NCBI GenBank assembly: GCA_963714015.1
Contig: OY970223.1
Location: 2,656,001-2,720,000 of the forward strand
Direction of reading: 5' to 3'
DNA from: Vulcanimicrobiota bacterium
Lineage (GTDB): Bacteria > Vulcanimicrobiota > Vulcanimicrobiia > Vulcanimicrobiales > Vulcanimicrobiaceae
DNA length: 64,000 bases
Shown: piece by piece, positions 10,734 through 20,204 of the stretch
Numbering within the stretch: position 1 is the stretch's first letter
Layout of the letters: every line of letters begins with the position of its first letter
Notes under the pieces: model-generated
Database searches by the model: none
What the model saw: the letters and a program-made list of their open reading frames with translations, nothing else
What the model was told of the DNA's origin: nothing
Program-made: the position numbers and the translations under genes

Positions 10734-11043
10734 CGCGTCTTTCGATTGTGATAGCCGCCGGATATTTCTCGGCTAATTGCTCGAGCAGCAGCAAGACCTC
10801 GTCGACGATCGCCGCACACACCGGCAGATTGTCGCGCCAGGCAATCATGAACCGCGGCAGCTCGGCCGTCTGTTCCACCGCCTCGAGCGCCTCGAGCGCC
10901 TCGAGCACGTGCGCCAGCGTGCGGAGCACGAATGTCATGGCGATGCAGGCATCGCGATTCCACGCGTGGCCCGTCGCGGTAATCCGCCGGACCGGAAACC
11001 CGAAGTCCACCGAATCGACCCGCTCGAGAACGACGGTCGTCAC
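10690..11043 (-). CDS. Prp-family (ribosomal-processing cysteine protease-like) protein
   Basis: 117 aa; ITATGHA..DAC (His/Cys pair) and C-terminal LEQLAEKYPAAITI match the Prp/DUF464 pattern. Confidence 0.72.
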   Translation of the reverse strand: MTTVVLERVDSVDFGFPVRRITATGHAWNRDACIAMTFVLRTLAHVLEALEALEAVEQTAELPRFMIAWRDNLPVCAAIVDEVLLLLEQLAEKYPAAITIERRDAVRHDGDGLQQSA

Positions 11044-11666
11044 GACGCTTCCTTCGTGGCCATAACCTCGGCCCGATTCGCCGGCGCTATCCGTTCCGTC
11101 CGAATCACCACTTCGACCGGCTCGTTCGTATCGGCACCGTCCGTACTCGCCTCGCCGTTCCCCTTGCCGGCAATCATGCGATTCATCTTTGTCGCCCGTT
11201 CCGCTGCGCTCAGCAACGCGTTCAAAACGTCGGCCTCGGACTGATGCATCCCCGGCACGATCGCGCCGCGCATGTATCGCCGCAACCCGCGCCGCGCCGC
11301 CCGCTGGGCCATGACGCCGAGCTTCGTCTGCTCGAGCAACGGATCAATGTCTTGCTGCTCTTCGTCGATCGGCTCGTCCGGAATGTCACCCGGATCGGTG
11401 TCCGACTTGGGGCGACTTTGCCCGTCCCCCAAGTTCCGCTTTGGAGTGTGTCCACGGCGTTGCGAGAGGTCGATGACGTTTGTTTCTTGCGCGCGCGCGA
11501 TCTTAGGAAGCGGCCATGGATTGCCCGATTTTTGGTCGGCTTTGCGTCGATTGCGAATGGCCTGCTCGGTGGCGCCGTACTTTGCGCTGAGTTCCGCGAA
11601 GCTTCGCACGCGTCCTGACTGGATGTCCGCCCGCATGGCGGCCCAATCGTACCGATCCGTGGACAT
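11040..11666 (-). CDS. terS: Terminase small subunit
   Basis: N-terminal HTH (YDWAAMRADI..SFAELSAKYG..AIRNR..W); upstream of terL. Confidence 0.7.
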   Translation of the reverse strand: MSTDRYDWAAMRADIQSGRVRSFAELSAKYGATEQAIRNRRKADQKSGNPWPLPKIARAQETNVIDLSQRRGHTPKRNLGDGQSRPKSDTDPGDIPDEPIDEEQQDIDPLLEQTKLGVMAQRAARRGLRRYMRGAIVPGMHQSEADVLNALLSAAERATKMNRMIAGKGNGEASTDGADTNEPVEVVIRTERIAPANRAEVMATKEAS

Positions 11667-11705
11667 CCCGTCCTCCTTGCGCCCGCGTCGCGCGAGCCTC
11701 CGTTC

Positions 11706-12065
11706 CTACCCTGCGTGAATCGTCACTTTCGGCGTACCGGCAGTGAGCGCAGAGCAGCGCGCCTGAATCATGACGTAACCGCTGACGTCTGCAACCCACA
11801 ACCCGACCGCTGATGCCGACGTAACGGCGGCACCGCCGCTGCTGGGCGTCATCGCAAGCGGATTCCAGTTCTGACCGCCGTCAATCGACACTTCGAACTC
11901 GAACGTGGCTGTGAAGGCGCCCCCGAATTGCTCGATCTGGATCGATGCCGTCTTGGCAAGGCCAGGAAGAGTAATGCCGACGACGGCCGTGGCCGGCGCG
12001 GGATTCGCACTGGCCGATGAAATGATGTCGGCGTAATCGCGAACCTTGTCGATCGCAAATCCCAT
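11706..12065 (-). CDS. Beta-rich phage protein, possible virion decoration
   Basis: FEVSIDGGQNW motif; good RBS. Confidence 0.5.
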   Translation of the reverse strand: MGFAIDKVRDYADIISSASANPAPATAVVGITLPGLAKTASIQIEQFGGAFTATFEFEVSIDGGQNWNPLAMTPSSGGAAVTSASAVGLWVADVSGYVMIQARCSALTAGTPKVTIHAG

Positions 12066-12066
12066 G

Positions 12067-12312
12067 CTATCCTTTCACGGCCGGGTAGAACCCGCAAAAC
12101 TGCCCGCGCGCCGCCAACTCTCGAGCGATCTTACGCTGGTCGCGCGTCTTCGGCCCGAGCAATACGCGGCCGTCAACGGCGTACACCTTCGTGAGGACGA
12201 CATAGGCGCCGTCGATGGGCGGAATGCTCTTCGCCTTCATGGCCTCGACAGCGGCCTCTATGTCGGATGCTCTCGCACTCTTTACTCTCGTCCCTGTGCG
12301 AAGTCTCGACAT
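12067..12312 (-). CDS. Hypothetical protein
   Basis: ATG 12312 with GAGG RBS. Confidence 0.4.
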   Translation of the reverse strand: MSRLRTGTRVKSARASDIEAAVEAMKAKSIPPIDGAYVVLTKVYAVDGRVLLGPKTRDQRKIARELAARGQFCGFYPAVKG

Positions 12313-12483
12313 CCGGCCCTCAGTTTCATCGAAAGTAAAGCATACGCGGTTTCCCTTGGGCGCGTCCCTTCGGGACCGGGCTGTCGTGCCTTCGGCATCG
12401 AGCCCGCAAGCGGTCTCGCCCCTGCGGGCGTCCATCCCTCGCGCGCTCGCCAGCGCCGTCAAAAAAATCTTTTCGCCAGGTAC

Positions 12484-12535
12484 TTGACGGTAACTGTAAC
12501 ACGCGCTATAGTAACTGTAACAGGTAACTGTAACA
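12484..12535 (+). promoter_or_regulatory. Sigma70 promoter with three GTAACTGTAACA operator repeats
   Basis: TTGACG (12484) N17 TATAGT (12507); exact 12-mers at 12490, 12511 and 12524. Confidence 0.85.
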
Positions 12536-12553
12536 CCAGAAAGGACCGCCGCC

Positions 12554-12745
12554 ATGACCATCCAGATCGAAGTCCGCAACGTCTACGGCCAAATCAAAGT
12601 CTATCCGGCCTGCGAGAAAGCCCGCCACTTCGCCAAGATCGCCGGCACCACGACCCTCACGCACGCCACCCTCAGTGAAATCGAAGCCCTCGGCTACGAG
12701 ATCGTCAACGCCACCGAGTCGCTGAGCTGGAAGCACGCGGCCTAA
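12554..12745 (+). CDS. Small phage protein
   Basis: AAAGGA RBS; first gene after the promoter. Confidence 0.75.
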   Translation: MTIQIEVRNVYGQIKVYPACEKARHFAKIAGTTTLTHATLSEIEALGYEIVNATESLSWKHAA

Positions 12746-12747
12746 TC

Positions 12748-13005
12748 ATGACGATAGCAAATGCAGTTCGCACCCTCGCCAAGCACGGCGAAGTCAAGCA
12801 CTACGGCGGCAACCCGGAAACGTGGAATGGATTCTGGTTCGTCGAGATCGGTACGGACGCCGTGGAAGTGTTCTCATGCGGCCAGGGACCAGACCGGGAA
12901 GCCGTGATTTCGGTCCGGAGCGCTACGCACGACGGCTGTGGCGCGACCTTCTTCCCCTCGCTGCGCTCAGCCATTCGGTGCGCCTCAAGGACGATGGCAT
13001 CATGA
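12748..13005 (+). CDS. Hypothetical protein
   Basis: Coupled ORF in the + strand cassette. Confidence 0.6.
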   Translation: MTIANAVRTLAKHGEVKHYGGNPETWNGFWFVEIGTDAVEVFSCGQGPDREAVISVRSATHDGCGATFFPSLRSAIRCASRTMAS

Positions 13006-13142
13006 ACACGGTCACCGTAACGCTAACCAGCGCTCAGGCAGCCGCCCTAGCGGAAGCTGCTCAGATGGTCGTCGATGATCTCGACGAGGACGTCCAGGAA
13101 ACACTGAAAACCGCTATCGGCATACTTCAGGAGGCACTATGA
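13002..13142 (+). CDS. Small acidic protein
   Basis: ATGA overlaps on both sides. Confidence 0.55.
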   Translation: MNTVTVTLTSAQAAALAEAAQMVVDDLDEDVQETLKTAIGILQEAL

Positions 13143-13324
13143 AACCGCGCGATCTCGCCGACCTTGAGACCATGGTTCACGCCGATGAACTGCGCCTCTC
13201 GCCCGCGTTCATGGCTGACGGCTCCGTCGTCTGGAGACTTATCGCCTACGACCGCTATAACGGCGGATGCTGGTCGGGGCTGCTCGTCGAAATGGGACGG
13301 ACGAATGGCTCTCACACCCGCTGA
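13139..13324 (+). CDS. Hypothetical protein
   Basis: GGAGG RBS; coupled. Confidence 0.5.
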   Translation: MKPRDLADLETMVHADELRLSPAFMADGSVVWRLIAYDRYNGGCWSGLLVEMGRTNGSHTR

Positions 13325-13463
13325 AAAGATGCGCCGACGGCGACAGACGCTCCGAAACAAGGGGCTCTGTACCGTTTGCGGACGCCGTAAGGCCGTCAAG
13401 GGCACCGTCTGCAAGCAGTGTAACGATGAAGCGAAAGAGCGCGTCAAAAAGTCTCGCGCCTAG
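13305..13463 (+). CDS. Basic C4 zinc-finger protein, putative DNA-binding autoregulator
   Basis: MALTPAEKMRRRR..CTVC..CKQC. Confidence 0.65.
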   Translation: MALTPAEKMRRRRQTLRNKGLCTVCGRRKAVKGTVCKQCNDEAKERVKKSRA

Positions 13464-13849
13464 TCTGCGTCTCGCAATCTGCGTCCGGTCGCCTCGATGA
13501 CTTTGCCCAGCATACTGATCGCCTCCGGCCTCGTCGCCATACTGAACATGTACTTGAGCTTGTCGTCGGAATCCTCAACAATGAGCACCGCGGGCTTACC
13601 CGCTCGAACCGCAGCGATCATCTTGTTGAGATAGGCTTCATCCTCGGGACCGAGCACCGTCGTACCCTGCTCTTTGGCCGTGAATTGGACTCCGGCCGAA
13701 ATCGACTTTAAGAGCTCGTCCGGGTTCGGCTTGTCCATTGGCGCCCTCACCGTTTGGGATAATGTTCGGACCATGTCAGCTCCGCAGCGCTGGCAATCGC
13801 GGCCCGCTGGCCCGATGTGAAAGCTACAGGGCTTCATCGCAGACTCCAA
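13460..13849 (-). CDS. Hypothetical protein
   Basis: 129-aa ORF; start uncertain. Confidence 0.45.
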   Translation of the reverse strand: MESAMKPCSFHIGPAGRDCQRCGADMVRTLSQTVRAPMDKPNPDELLKSISAGVQFTAKEQGTTVLGPEDEAYLNKMIAAVRAGKPAVLIVEDSDDKLKYMFSMATRPEAISMLGKVIEATGRRLRDAD

Positions 13850-13977
13850 AATTGCAGACGCCGCGGCGCGGAGGTGGACGCTGCGGCGTCATCTTCCGCA
13901 AGCGCAGATCGGGCGCCGACAAACCACACGCAGTGCCTGCCGTGGCCGCAGCCTATCGCCCCGCTCGCGAAACCTGC

Positions 13978-14346
13978 CTAGGTGTACGCGTCCTTGACGC
14001 GCACCAGCAACCGGTCTTTGAAGTAATCGCCGGTCACGCTGTTCTTGCCGTGGAACTCCACGACGAATAGTCCGCCGGTCGGCGGCGGGAATTCCGTGCC
14101 TTGCAGCGTCCAGAGCGCCTCGGTTCCATCTTGGCTCGGCGCACAGTTGTACCGATTGGGAGTACTCCCCGCGCCCGACTGCACCGAGTACGGCGCCACC
14201 AATACGTAGACCGACCATCCGGAATCGTTCAGATTGATCGACGGATCGCCAACCGGAAGACCGATGACCTTGCCGGCCTCACCGCAGTAGCACAAGACTG
14301 CGACGGGTTGGCCGTTAACCTCCCCGTACATAGCCGTCGTGCTCAT
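13978..14346 (-). CDS. Hypothetical beta-rich protein, possibly fibre-associated
   Basis: GAGG RBS; follows the fibre-like gene. Confidence 0.55.
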   Translation of the reverse strand: MSTTAMYGEVNGQPVAVLCYCGEAGKVIGLPVGDPSINLNDSGWSVYVLVAPYSVQSGAGSTPNRYNCAPSQDGTEALWTLQGTEFPPPTGGLFVVEFHGKNSVTGDYFKDRLLVRVKDAYT

Positions 14347-14350
14347 GCGA

Positions 14351-16282
14351 TTACCTCACCGGCGATGTCCGCAGCGTAACCTTCGATTGGAACCCGCTCC
14401 TGAGCGTCACGTGGGTTACGAACGACGTCGCTAAACGCGGGATATCGTTGATATTGAACGCAAAGGCAACGCCCGAAGCCGCAGAAACAAGTACTGCACC
14501 GCCTTGCTCAGCGCTGTACGACTGCCCAGCGGCCGCGTCGAACAGTGTCGCTGCACCGCGCGAAAGTATGAGACCGAAGCCGCGCGCCGCCGAGGCGAGC
14601 GCTGCTGCGCCACCGTTGAACCCATGACCAACACCGCTGGCCGCCGATTGCAATACGGCGCTTCCGCGCTGAACAATGACGTTCGCGCCTGCCGCTGCTG
14701 CGGCAAGAACGGCTGCGCCGCCCGAAACGCCCCAGGCGCTGCCGCTCGCATACGCGGCAAGCTCTGCAGCACCGGCAATCGCGTTGACAATGCCATGGCC
14801 GATCGCCGTCGCGGAGAGCACTGCCGCGCCGCGCGCGTGAATGAGATCGTAGCCGGCGGCATGCGACGCTAGGACCGCTGCGCCTTCGAACTGCGAGTTG
14901 GAAAACCCGTGCGCGTACGGCGCGAGCTCCGCTGCACCGGCGCTCAGAACGACGTCGGAACCCGATACAACCCACGACGAGAAGATGAGCGGGATCGAAA
15001 CCGCGCCGGAGTTCGGTAGAACCGCCCAGCCAGCCGAATAGACAATCGCGTGTCCGGCGCCCGCCGAAGCGAGCACCGCTGATCCGGAAGACTGTTGGAC
15101 GACGCCGCCCATGGCATGCGAAGCGAGTTGCGCTCCGCCGGTAGAATAGACGAGACCCCTGCCGGAGGCATTCGCCGCGAGCAACGCTGCGCCGGCACCA
15201 TTGACCTGCGCACCGCCGGATCCGTTCGATCCCAGGACGGCGTACGCCCCGCTATCGACGACGTTATGGCCGCCTGCACCGCTCGCGATCTGCGCCGCGC
15301 CATTCGAATTCCCGAACGCCTTGCCGCTTGCACTCGAAACGAGAACCGCGGCACCGTTTGAATTGCCGTGCGCGGAACCGGAGGCATGCGCAATAATCTG
15401 GGCTGCGCCGACACCGTCGACGATACCGTGGCCGACGGCCGCGTTCGCTAGCGATGCAGCGCCGTTGCTGTTGCCGCGATCGGTCCCCGATGCAGCCGAG
15501 GCGAGGACGGCCGCGCCCTTCGAGTTGCCGTGGTCCGTCCCGCTCGCTGCAGCCGCAAGGACCGCAGATCCTTTGGAGTTGCCGTGCGCGCTGCCGCTCG
15601 CATTTGATGCGAGAACCGCAGAGCCGCTCGATGATGCAACGGCGCCGCCGGGCGCGAGAAGCGCTATCGCTTCGTACGTCGAGTGCGAATGCGTCGCGCT
15701 CCACGTAACTTGCGCTGTGGCGGTTGCGCCAAGCGCGACCAAACTTCCGTCGTACTGCGTCTCGATTTGGCAGTGGCCTGAAGAGGATGCAGTCCCTAAA
15801 TCCGTCCAGCCCGAGCCAACGCCCGAAACCGTCTGGGTCGTATCGACGTCTGCAAACGCCGCAACGGCTTGCGCGTTCGCCGCTGTGCACGTGTTGCTCG
15901 TTATCGTCGCCGGATTGACCGTGCCGGCTTGATTCGCGATCTTCGACCCGGCATCCGGGGAAGAATTGTTGACGCCGCCCCACTCCTCAACGGACCATGC
16001 GGCGTACGACGAACCACCCCACGAGACGGTGCCGAGCGCGGTAGTATCGCCGCTCTGATTCGGACGCCAGTAGATCCCGAGATTGTTCGTCCCGCTCGCG
16101 ACCTTGATCGTCTTCCAGTTCGCATCGCTGAACGTAATCGTTTGCGAGGTCGCGTTGGAGATGAACAGGAACAGCAGGATGCCGTTGCCGAGCGTCGGCG
16201 TTTTGCCTGCGGTCAGGGTGAGCGAAGTGACGGCCGCGGCCGCACCATTCTTGAATGATCCTGGGACGAGGGCAATAGCCAT
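14351..16282 (-). CDS. Gly/Ala/Ser-rich repeat fibre-like protein
   Basis: About 210-aa globular N-domain, then many roughly 16-aa G[AS]AxLAxxAxG repeats. Confidence 0.7.
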   Translation of the reverse strand: MAIALVPGSFKNGAAAAVTSLTLTAGKTPTLGNGILLFLFISNATSQTITFSDANWKTIKVASGTNNLGIYWRPNQSGDTTALGTVSWGGSSYAAWSVEEWGGVNNSSPDAGSKIANQAGTVNPATITSNTCTAANAQAVAAFADVDTTQTVSGVGSGWTDLGTASSSGHCQIETQYDGSLVALGATATAQVTWSATHSHSTYEAIALLAPGGAVASSSGSAVLASNASGSAHGNSKGSAVLAAAASGTDHGNSKGAAVLASAASGTDRGNSNGAASLANAAVGHGIVDGVGAAQIIAHASGSAHGNSNGAAVLVSSASGKAFGNSNGAAQIASGAGGHNVVDSGAYAVLGSNGSGGAQVNGAGAALLAANASGRGLVYSTGGAQLASHAMGGVVQQSSGSAVLASAGAGHAIVYSAGWAVLPNSGAVSIPLIFSSWVVSGSDVVLSAGAAELAPYAHGFSNSQFEGAAVLASHAAGYDLIHARGAAVLSATAIGHGIVNAIAGAAELAAYASGSAWGVSGGAAVLAAAAAGANVIVQRGSAVLQSAASGVGHGFNGGAAALASAARGFGLILSRGAATLFDAAAGQSYSAEQGGAVLVSAASGVAFAFNINDIPRLATSFVTHVTLRSGFQSKVTLRTSPVR

Positions 16283-16297
16283 GCTGCGATGCCCCCG

Positions 16298-16700
16298 TCA
16301 GAATACTACGGCGTGAGATCCTCGGTGAAGCTTGATGCCCGTGTTCGATCCGCCCTGCTGAACCGCTACGGCCGAACCAAACGTGCGATGGTACAAGCAG
16401 TTTCCGCCCGTTAGCGCATCGTAGATCGCGACTTCGGTGATGTTGATGGCCGCTCCGGAGTTCGCCGCGTTGATCGTTCCTGTGCATTGCAGCGTGTCGT
16501 TCGCGATGTTCAGGGTCGTGAGCGTCTTCGTCGCGGCCACGCGCGCATAGCCGGCGGTCGTGTCCTCGGTGAACAGTCCGGTATCGGTTGCACCGGCGGT
16601 TCCCGCTCCGGTTCCCCAGGCCAGATACAACGCGATGCCATCGAGATACGCAGCCAATTTGACCGCGCAGGTTTGCGTTACCGCCGCAGACTGCAGCCAT
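16298..16700 (-). CDS. Fibre/baseplate-attachment-like protein (frameshifted near 5' end)
   Basis: YLAWGTG..DTGLFTE..GYARVA..ITEVAIYDALTGGNCL; ATG 16700 with GAGGAG RBS is in another frame. Confidence 0.6.
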
Positions 16701-16839
16701 GAACTTCTCCTCTTCAGCCTAAAACCTAGACAAATCCGCCGGGCGGGTGATCTTCTGGTTCGCGCGCGAACGCGCCCATACGCTCGAGAATCTCTACAGC
16801 CAGCGCGACGAGCACAACGGCAAGAACGAACCAGCGCAT

Positions 16840-17025
16840 TTAGCACTCCTCGTCCGGATCGGCAACGTGCGGCAACGGCTTCGAATCACGACAGCTCACA
16901 AGCGCGATCGCCCAGCCCGCCGCAGTTCTTGTCCGGACGAGGTAGCCTTCCGACGTCCGGTCATACACCTGCCATCCCGCTCGCAAGGCTTCAGAAAGCG
17001 ACCTAAATACGAGAATCCCTGGCAT
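16840..17025 (-). CDS. Small conserved-looking protein
   Basis: MPGILVFRSLSEALRAGWQVYDRT..; GAGG RBS. Confidence 0.55.
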   Translation of the reverse strand: MPGILVFRSLSEALRAGWQVYDRTSEGYLVRTRTAAGWAIALVSCRDSKPLPHVADPDEEC

Positions 17026-17033
17026 TAGCAACC

Positions 17034-17522
17034 TCACGCTTTCGCGATGTGGAACCAACTGCTTCCGCGAATTATTTTGCGTAGGTGACCCGGAGAAAGC
17101 CCGTACAGTGACGCGATCTCAGCCGTCTTAACGGTCTTCGCTAAGTCACGAATTCGAGCGACGTCGGCGTCGCTGATCTTGGCGGTATGACAACGAGCAC
17201 CGTGTACGTGGCGCATTTTATCATTGCGATCTTTTGCGTTCACAAGAGCATCGCCAAGGAAAAGGTGGTCCGGATTAAGACACGGCGGATTATCGCATGT
17301 GTGGCATATCTCGAAGCCTGCAGTCTTAACCTCAGGGTTAGCCAAGGCAAACGCTATCCGATGAGCCTTGTACATCGAGCCACGGATCTTGACGGCTCCG
17401 TATCCGTTGCTAAATCGAGCCCCAGACCACTCCCAGCAGCCCGCAGTCTTTCCTACTTTCGACCAAAAGCGCGCGAGTTCGGCATCGTCAAGGAGCGGGC
17501 TCTCCTTCCCGGTTGCCGGCAT
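17034..17522 (-). CDS. HNH homing endonuclease
   Basis: CWEWSG, GYG, AHRIAF, HTCDNPPCLNPDHL, C-terminal HTH. Confidence 0.92.
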   Translation of the reverse strand: MPATGKESPLLDDAELARFWSKVGKTAGCWEWSGARFSNGYGAVKIRGSMYKAHRIAFALANPEVKTAGFEICHTCDNPPCLNPDHLFLGDALVNAKDRNDKMRHVHGARCHTAKISDADVARIRDLAKTVKTAEIASLYGLSPGHLRKIIRGSSWFHIAKA

Positions 17523-17614
17523 ACCGTGCTCCTATAGAAAATCTGAAAAGTGCCAGCTTTGAGCGCGTCGGCGAGCGACTTGAAAACCAGTATCCCGGAC
17601 ATCGGAGCACCCCG

Positions 17615-17809
17615 CTAGCCGTTGGGCCAGACTTTGTGGATGATCTCTCTAAACACTTTGCCGATCGCTTGATTTTTGCGATCTTGCGTGCGGTAATACC
17701 GCTCGACGTGCGTTACCCGGTCCGACGTCGCCATGGAATGCAGCAGCGCACCGAGCGAAAAGACAAACGTGACGAGCAGGATCGCGACAAACGCCGGATC
17801 GACGCTCAT
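17615..17809 (-). CDS. Small single-TM protein
   Basis: Hydrophobic N-terminal helix. Confidence 0.45.
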   Translation of the reverse strand: MSVDPAFVAILLVTFVFSLGALLHSMATSDRVTHVERYYRTQDRKNQAIGKVFREIIHKVWPNG

Positions 17810-18192
17810 ATTGAAACTTTACGAGATTCTCGCTCCGCGGTCGCTCGTAACCGCGCGGCCAGCGATTCAAAGAACACGCGGGCTTCGATACCAGCGTTTT
17901 GGACGGCCTCAGACTGAAACGCGAGATACTCGCAGCCGGCCGCAAGAGCGCGAGCAGTGGCCGGATCCGTTGGAAAGGCAACATGAGGCAGCGCAGTGTC
18001 CGCCGGCGTGGACTGAACAATCGCGGGGCTTCGCTTTGGGCGCGCGAGAACCGCGCGGCCTTCGTCGCCACGCCGCTCGGCGCGTCCCGGATCGAATTCG
18101 GTCCAGGGGACGCCGCGATGCTTGACGCACGCGTGCACGCTCAGTGAATTTTCGCTTCCATAGCCGCGCCCGCAAATTCCGCAGATCAACAT
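17806..18192 (-). CDS. C2H2 zinc-finger protein
   Basis: CGICGRGYGSENSLSVHACVKH. Confidence 0.6.
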   Translation of the reverse strand: MLICGICGRGYGSENSLSVHACVKHRGVPWTEFDPGRAERRGDEGRAVLARPKRSPAIVQSTPADTALPHVAFPTDPATARALAAGCEYLAFQSEAVQNAGIEARVFFESLAARLRATAERESRKVSI

Positions 18193-18518
18193 GAGGCACG
18201 GCCTCTCAGCGCGGCGGCAGCGGCGCGCGCAATCTCCTCGACGGTCCGCGTATCGGCGCGTGGCTGTTGAGACGCCGGGACAACAGCATGCTCTTGGGCA
18301 GCCATAGCGGCCCGCGCATTCTCGCACTCGATGGCCTGATACGTCGATTGATTGCGGTAGTGATTCGCCCGCTCCCAACGTACGCGCGCCATAACTGCGA
18401 CTCCCGAAAGCAAAAACGCGCTCGGCGTTTCCGCCTGCGCGTTCCTGAATTTACGTATACGTTAAATCAACCGATGACTCTTGACGCCCAAGATCGTATC
18501 ACACCGGAGATCGGTTGT

Positions 18519-19229
18519 CTAGGCCGCCGCTTTCTTTTCCGGAAGACCGAGTTTTTGGCGCGCGTTATCGAGCGTGAGTCCGTTTTGAATGGCAAAGCCG
18601 AGTTCATCGATGAGCGCTGCAACGCCAGGCGTTTTCAACCCCTCTTTTGCCGGCTCGCTCACGCGGAAGGCAATCGGTGAAGAACGCCCGTGGATTCCGT
18701 CGACGTCAATCCGCTTTCGCCGGCCGCGCTTCTGCTTGACGCCATCGCCGCCTACGCACGTGCAAAATTCCAGATGGCACTCCTCACAAACCGGAGATCC
18801 CATCTTCTCTTCGCGACCGCTACCGTTGCTGCCGCCATGAACGTCCAAGCCGCCTGGAACTTCCTGAATCATCTGTTGCCATTCTTCCGTGGTGCGCGGG
18901 TCGCGCCCGACCCGTTCCTCATCTCGCTCCACAACGCCGCGGAGCACGTCGTTCACTCCACCGGTCAGCCGATCGTCGTACTCGCTGTCTCGAGCGGTGC
19001 GCACGTCGGGATCCGGCCGAACTTGATTCTCGGGCAGATCGGCCATGTGGCCCGATTCTAAATTTCGACGCTTCGTGCTCGGGCAGCGAACGCATAGGGC
19101 GCCTTCGCACTGATGGTCTCTTTGGCCGTACCCATGAATGTCAGAAGCGAGCGTTTCATAACGCCCGTCGTTCGTGACTCCTGTTTTAACGGCATCAGCA
19201 TCGACTGCCGACTCGTATCGGTCTTGCAT
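18519..19229 (-). CDS. Hypothetical protein (start uncertain)
   Basis: 236-aa ORF. Confidence 0.4.
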   Translation of the reverse strand: MQDRYESAVDADAVKTGVTNDGRYETLASDIHGYGQRDHQCEGALCVRCPSTKRRNLESGHMADLPENQVRPDPDVRTARDSEYDDRLTGGVNDVLRGVVERDEERVGRDPRTTEEWQQMIQEVPGGLDVHGGSNGSGREEKMGSPVCEECHLEFCTCVGGDGVKQKRGRRKRIDVDGIHGRSSPIAFRVSEPAKEGLKTPGVAALIDELGFAIQNGLTLDNARQKLGLPEKKAAA

Positions 19230-19367
19230 CCGTCTGGCAACCCCGCAAGCGACCGTGTTTATTATTCATGAGTATACGGTATACTTTTTGTTATGCCTAC
19301 TAAAGGCATGATCTAATTTGCGGGTATTTTCTAAAACGAACGCAGTTTTGCGAACTGGTTTTCGTTT

Positions 19368-20162
19368 TTACGAACGCCGTTTCGATTCGCTGATGAGCGC
19401 GAGCGCTTCGGACGCCGGAACGATGAATCCATCGACGATCGCCATGCCCTCCGGGATCGGGCCGCCGGTATACCGCTGCGCCTTGGAATTCTTGGACTCG
19501 GCTATGCGTATCCGGTTATCTGCACTTTCGACCGATTTTGTCCGGGTATCGCGTTTCGGACGGTCGACGATCCGCACGTGCGCCGGCTCGTACAGCTTCG
19601 TCACGATGATGTTTACGCGGTGCGGTCCGGCGTCGTCATATCGGACGAGCATCTGCGAAGGATTGGCAAGGCGGTCATCGGACCAGACGCCGGCGGCGGT
19701 CAACGCGTCCCATTCCACTTTCGAAAGGTTCGACGCGTCGACGCGTGCACGCCGATTCAATACCCGAATGATGGTCGCCGAGCATTCGCATTCCGCAGTT
19801 ATCCAACCGGTGCGGAAGATCGCGTCTTCCGCCGCGCGCTTGACGAGATCGAAAACGGCCTTGTAGATCTCCGACTTGCGGGGATCGCGAAGGCCGCGGT
19901 TCCGATTGTTGACGGAGGCGTACTTGCCGTCCGGAAGTTCGATCGAGAGCGCTAAGACATCCGCCACGCGATCTATTCTATCACGACTGCCTTCTTGTAC
20001 GAGCCGCGCGTCGACGTAATCACCGTCGAGTAAGAACCCGATCTTCGGGGGACAGAAAGAGACCTTCGTTGCGCGCAATATTGCCGTAAAGCCAACCGGC
20101 CTGATACGCTGCGTTGAGAATCTCTCTCTTGTCATGGGGTCCGCCAACCAGACCTGCGTCAA
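19368..20162 (-). CDS. Hypothetical protein, probably frameshifted near 20060; candidate late regulator by position
   Basis: Long ORF just upstream of an AT-rich palindromic region. Confidence 0.35.
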   Translation of the reverse strand: MTQVWLADPMTRERFSTQRIRPVGFTAILRATKVSFCPPKIGFLLDGDYVDARLVQEGSRDRIDRVADVLALSIELPDGKYASVNNRNRGLRDPRKSEIYKAVFDLVKRAAEDAIFRTGWITAECECSATIIRVLNRRARVDASNLSKVEWDALTAAGVWSDDRLANPSQMLVRYDDAGPHRVNIIVTKLYEPAHVRIVDRPKRDTRTKSVESADNRIRIAESKNSKAQRYTGGPIPEGMAIVDGFIVPASEALALISESKRRS

Positions 20163-20204
20163 AGCCGCGCTTCCATTCCTTGGGGTACTTGCGGTGCAGC
20201 TCCG

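Noticed and set aside
10875..10906. Tandem CGCCTCGAG repeat x3
   Set aside because: Encodes LEALEALEA in frame within the Prp-like gene; no evidence of phase variation.
12490..12535. Possible mini-CRISPR array
   Set aside because: Repeats are 12 bp with 1-9 nt gaps and there are no cas genes; they fit promoter operators.
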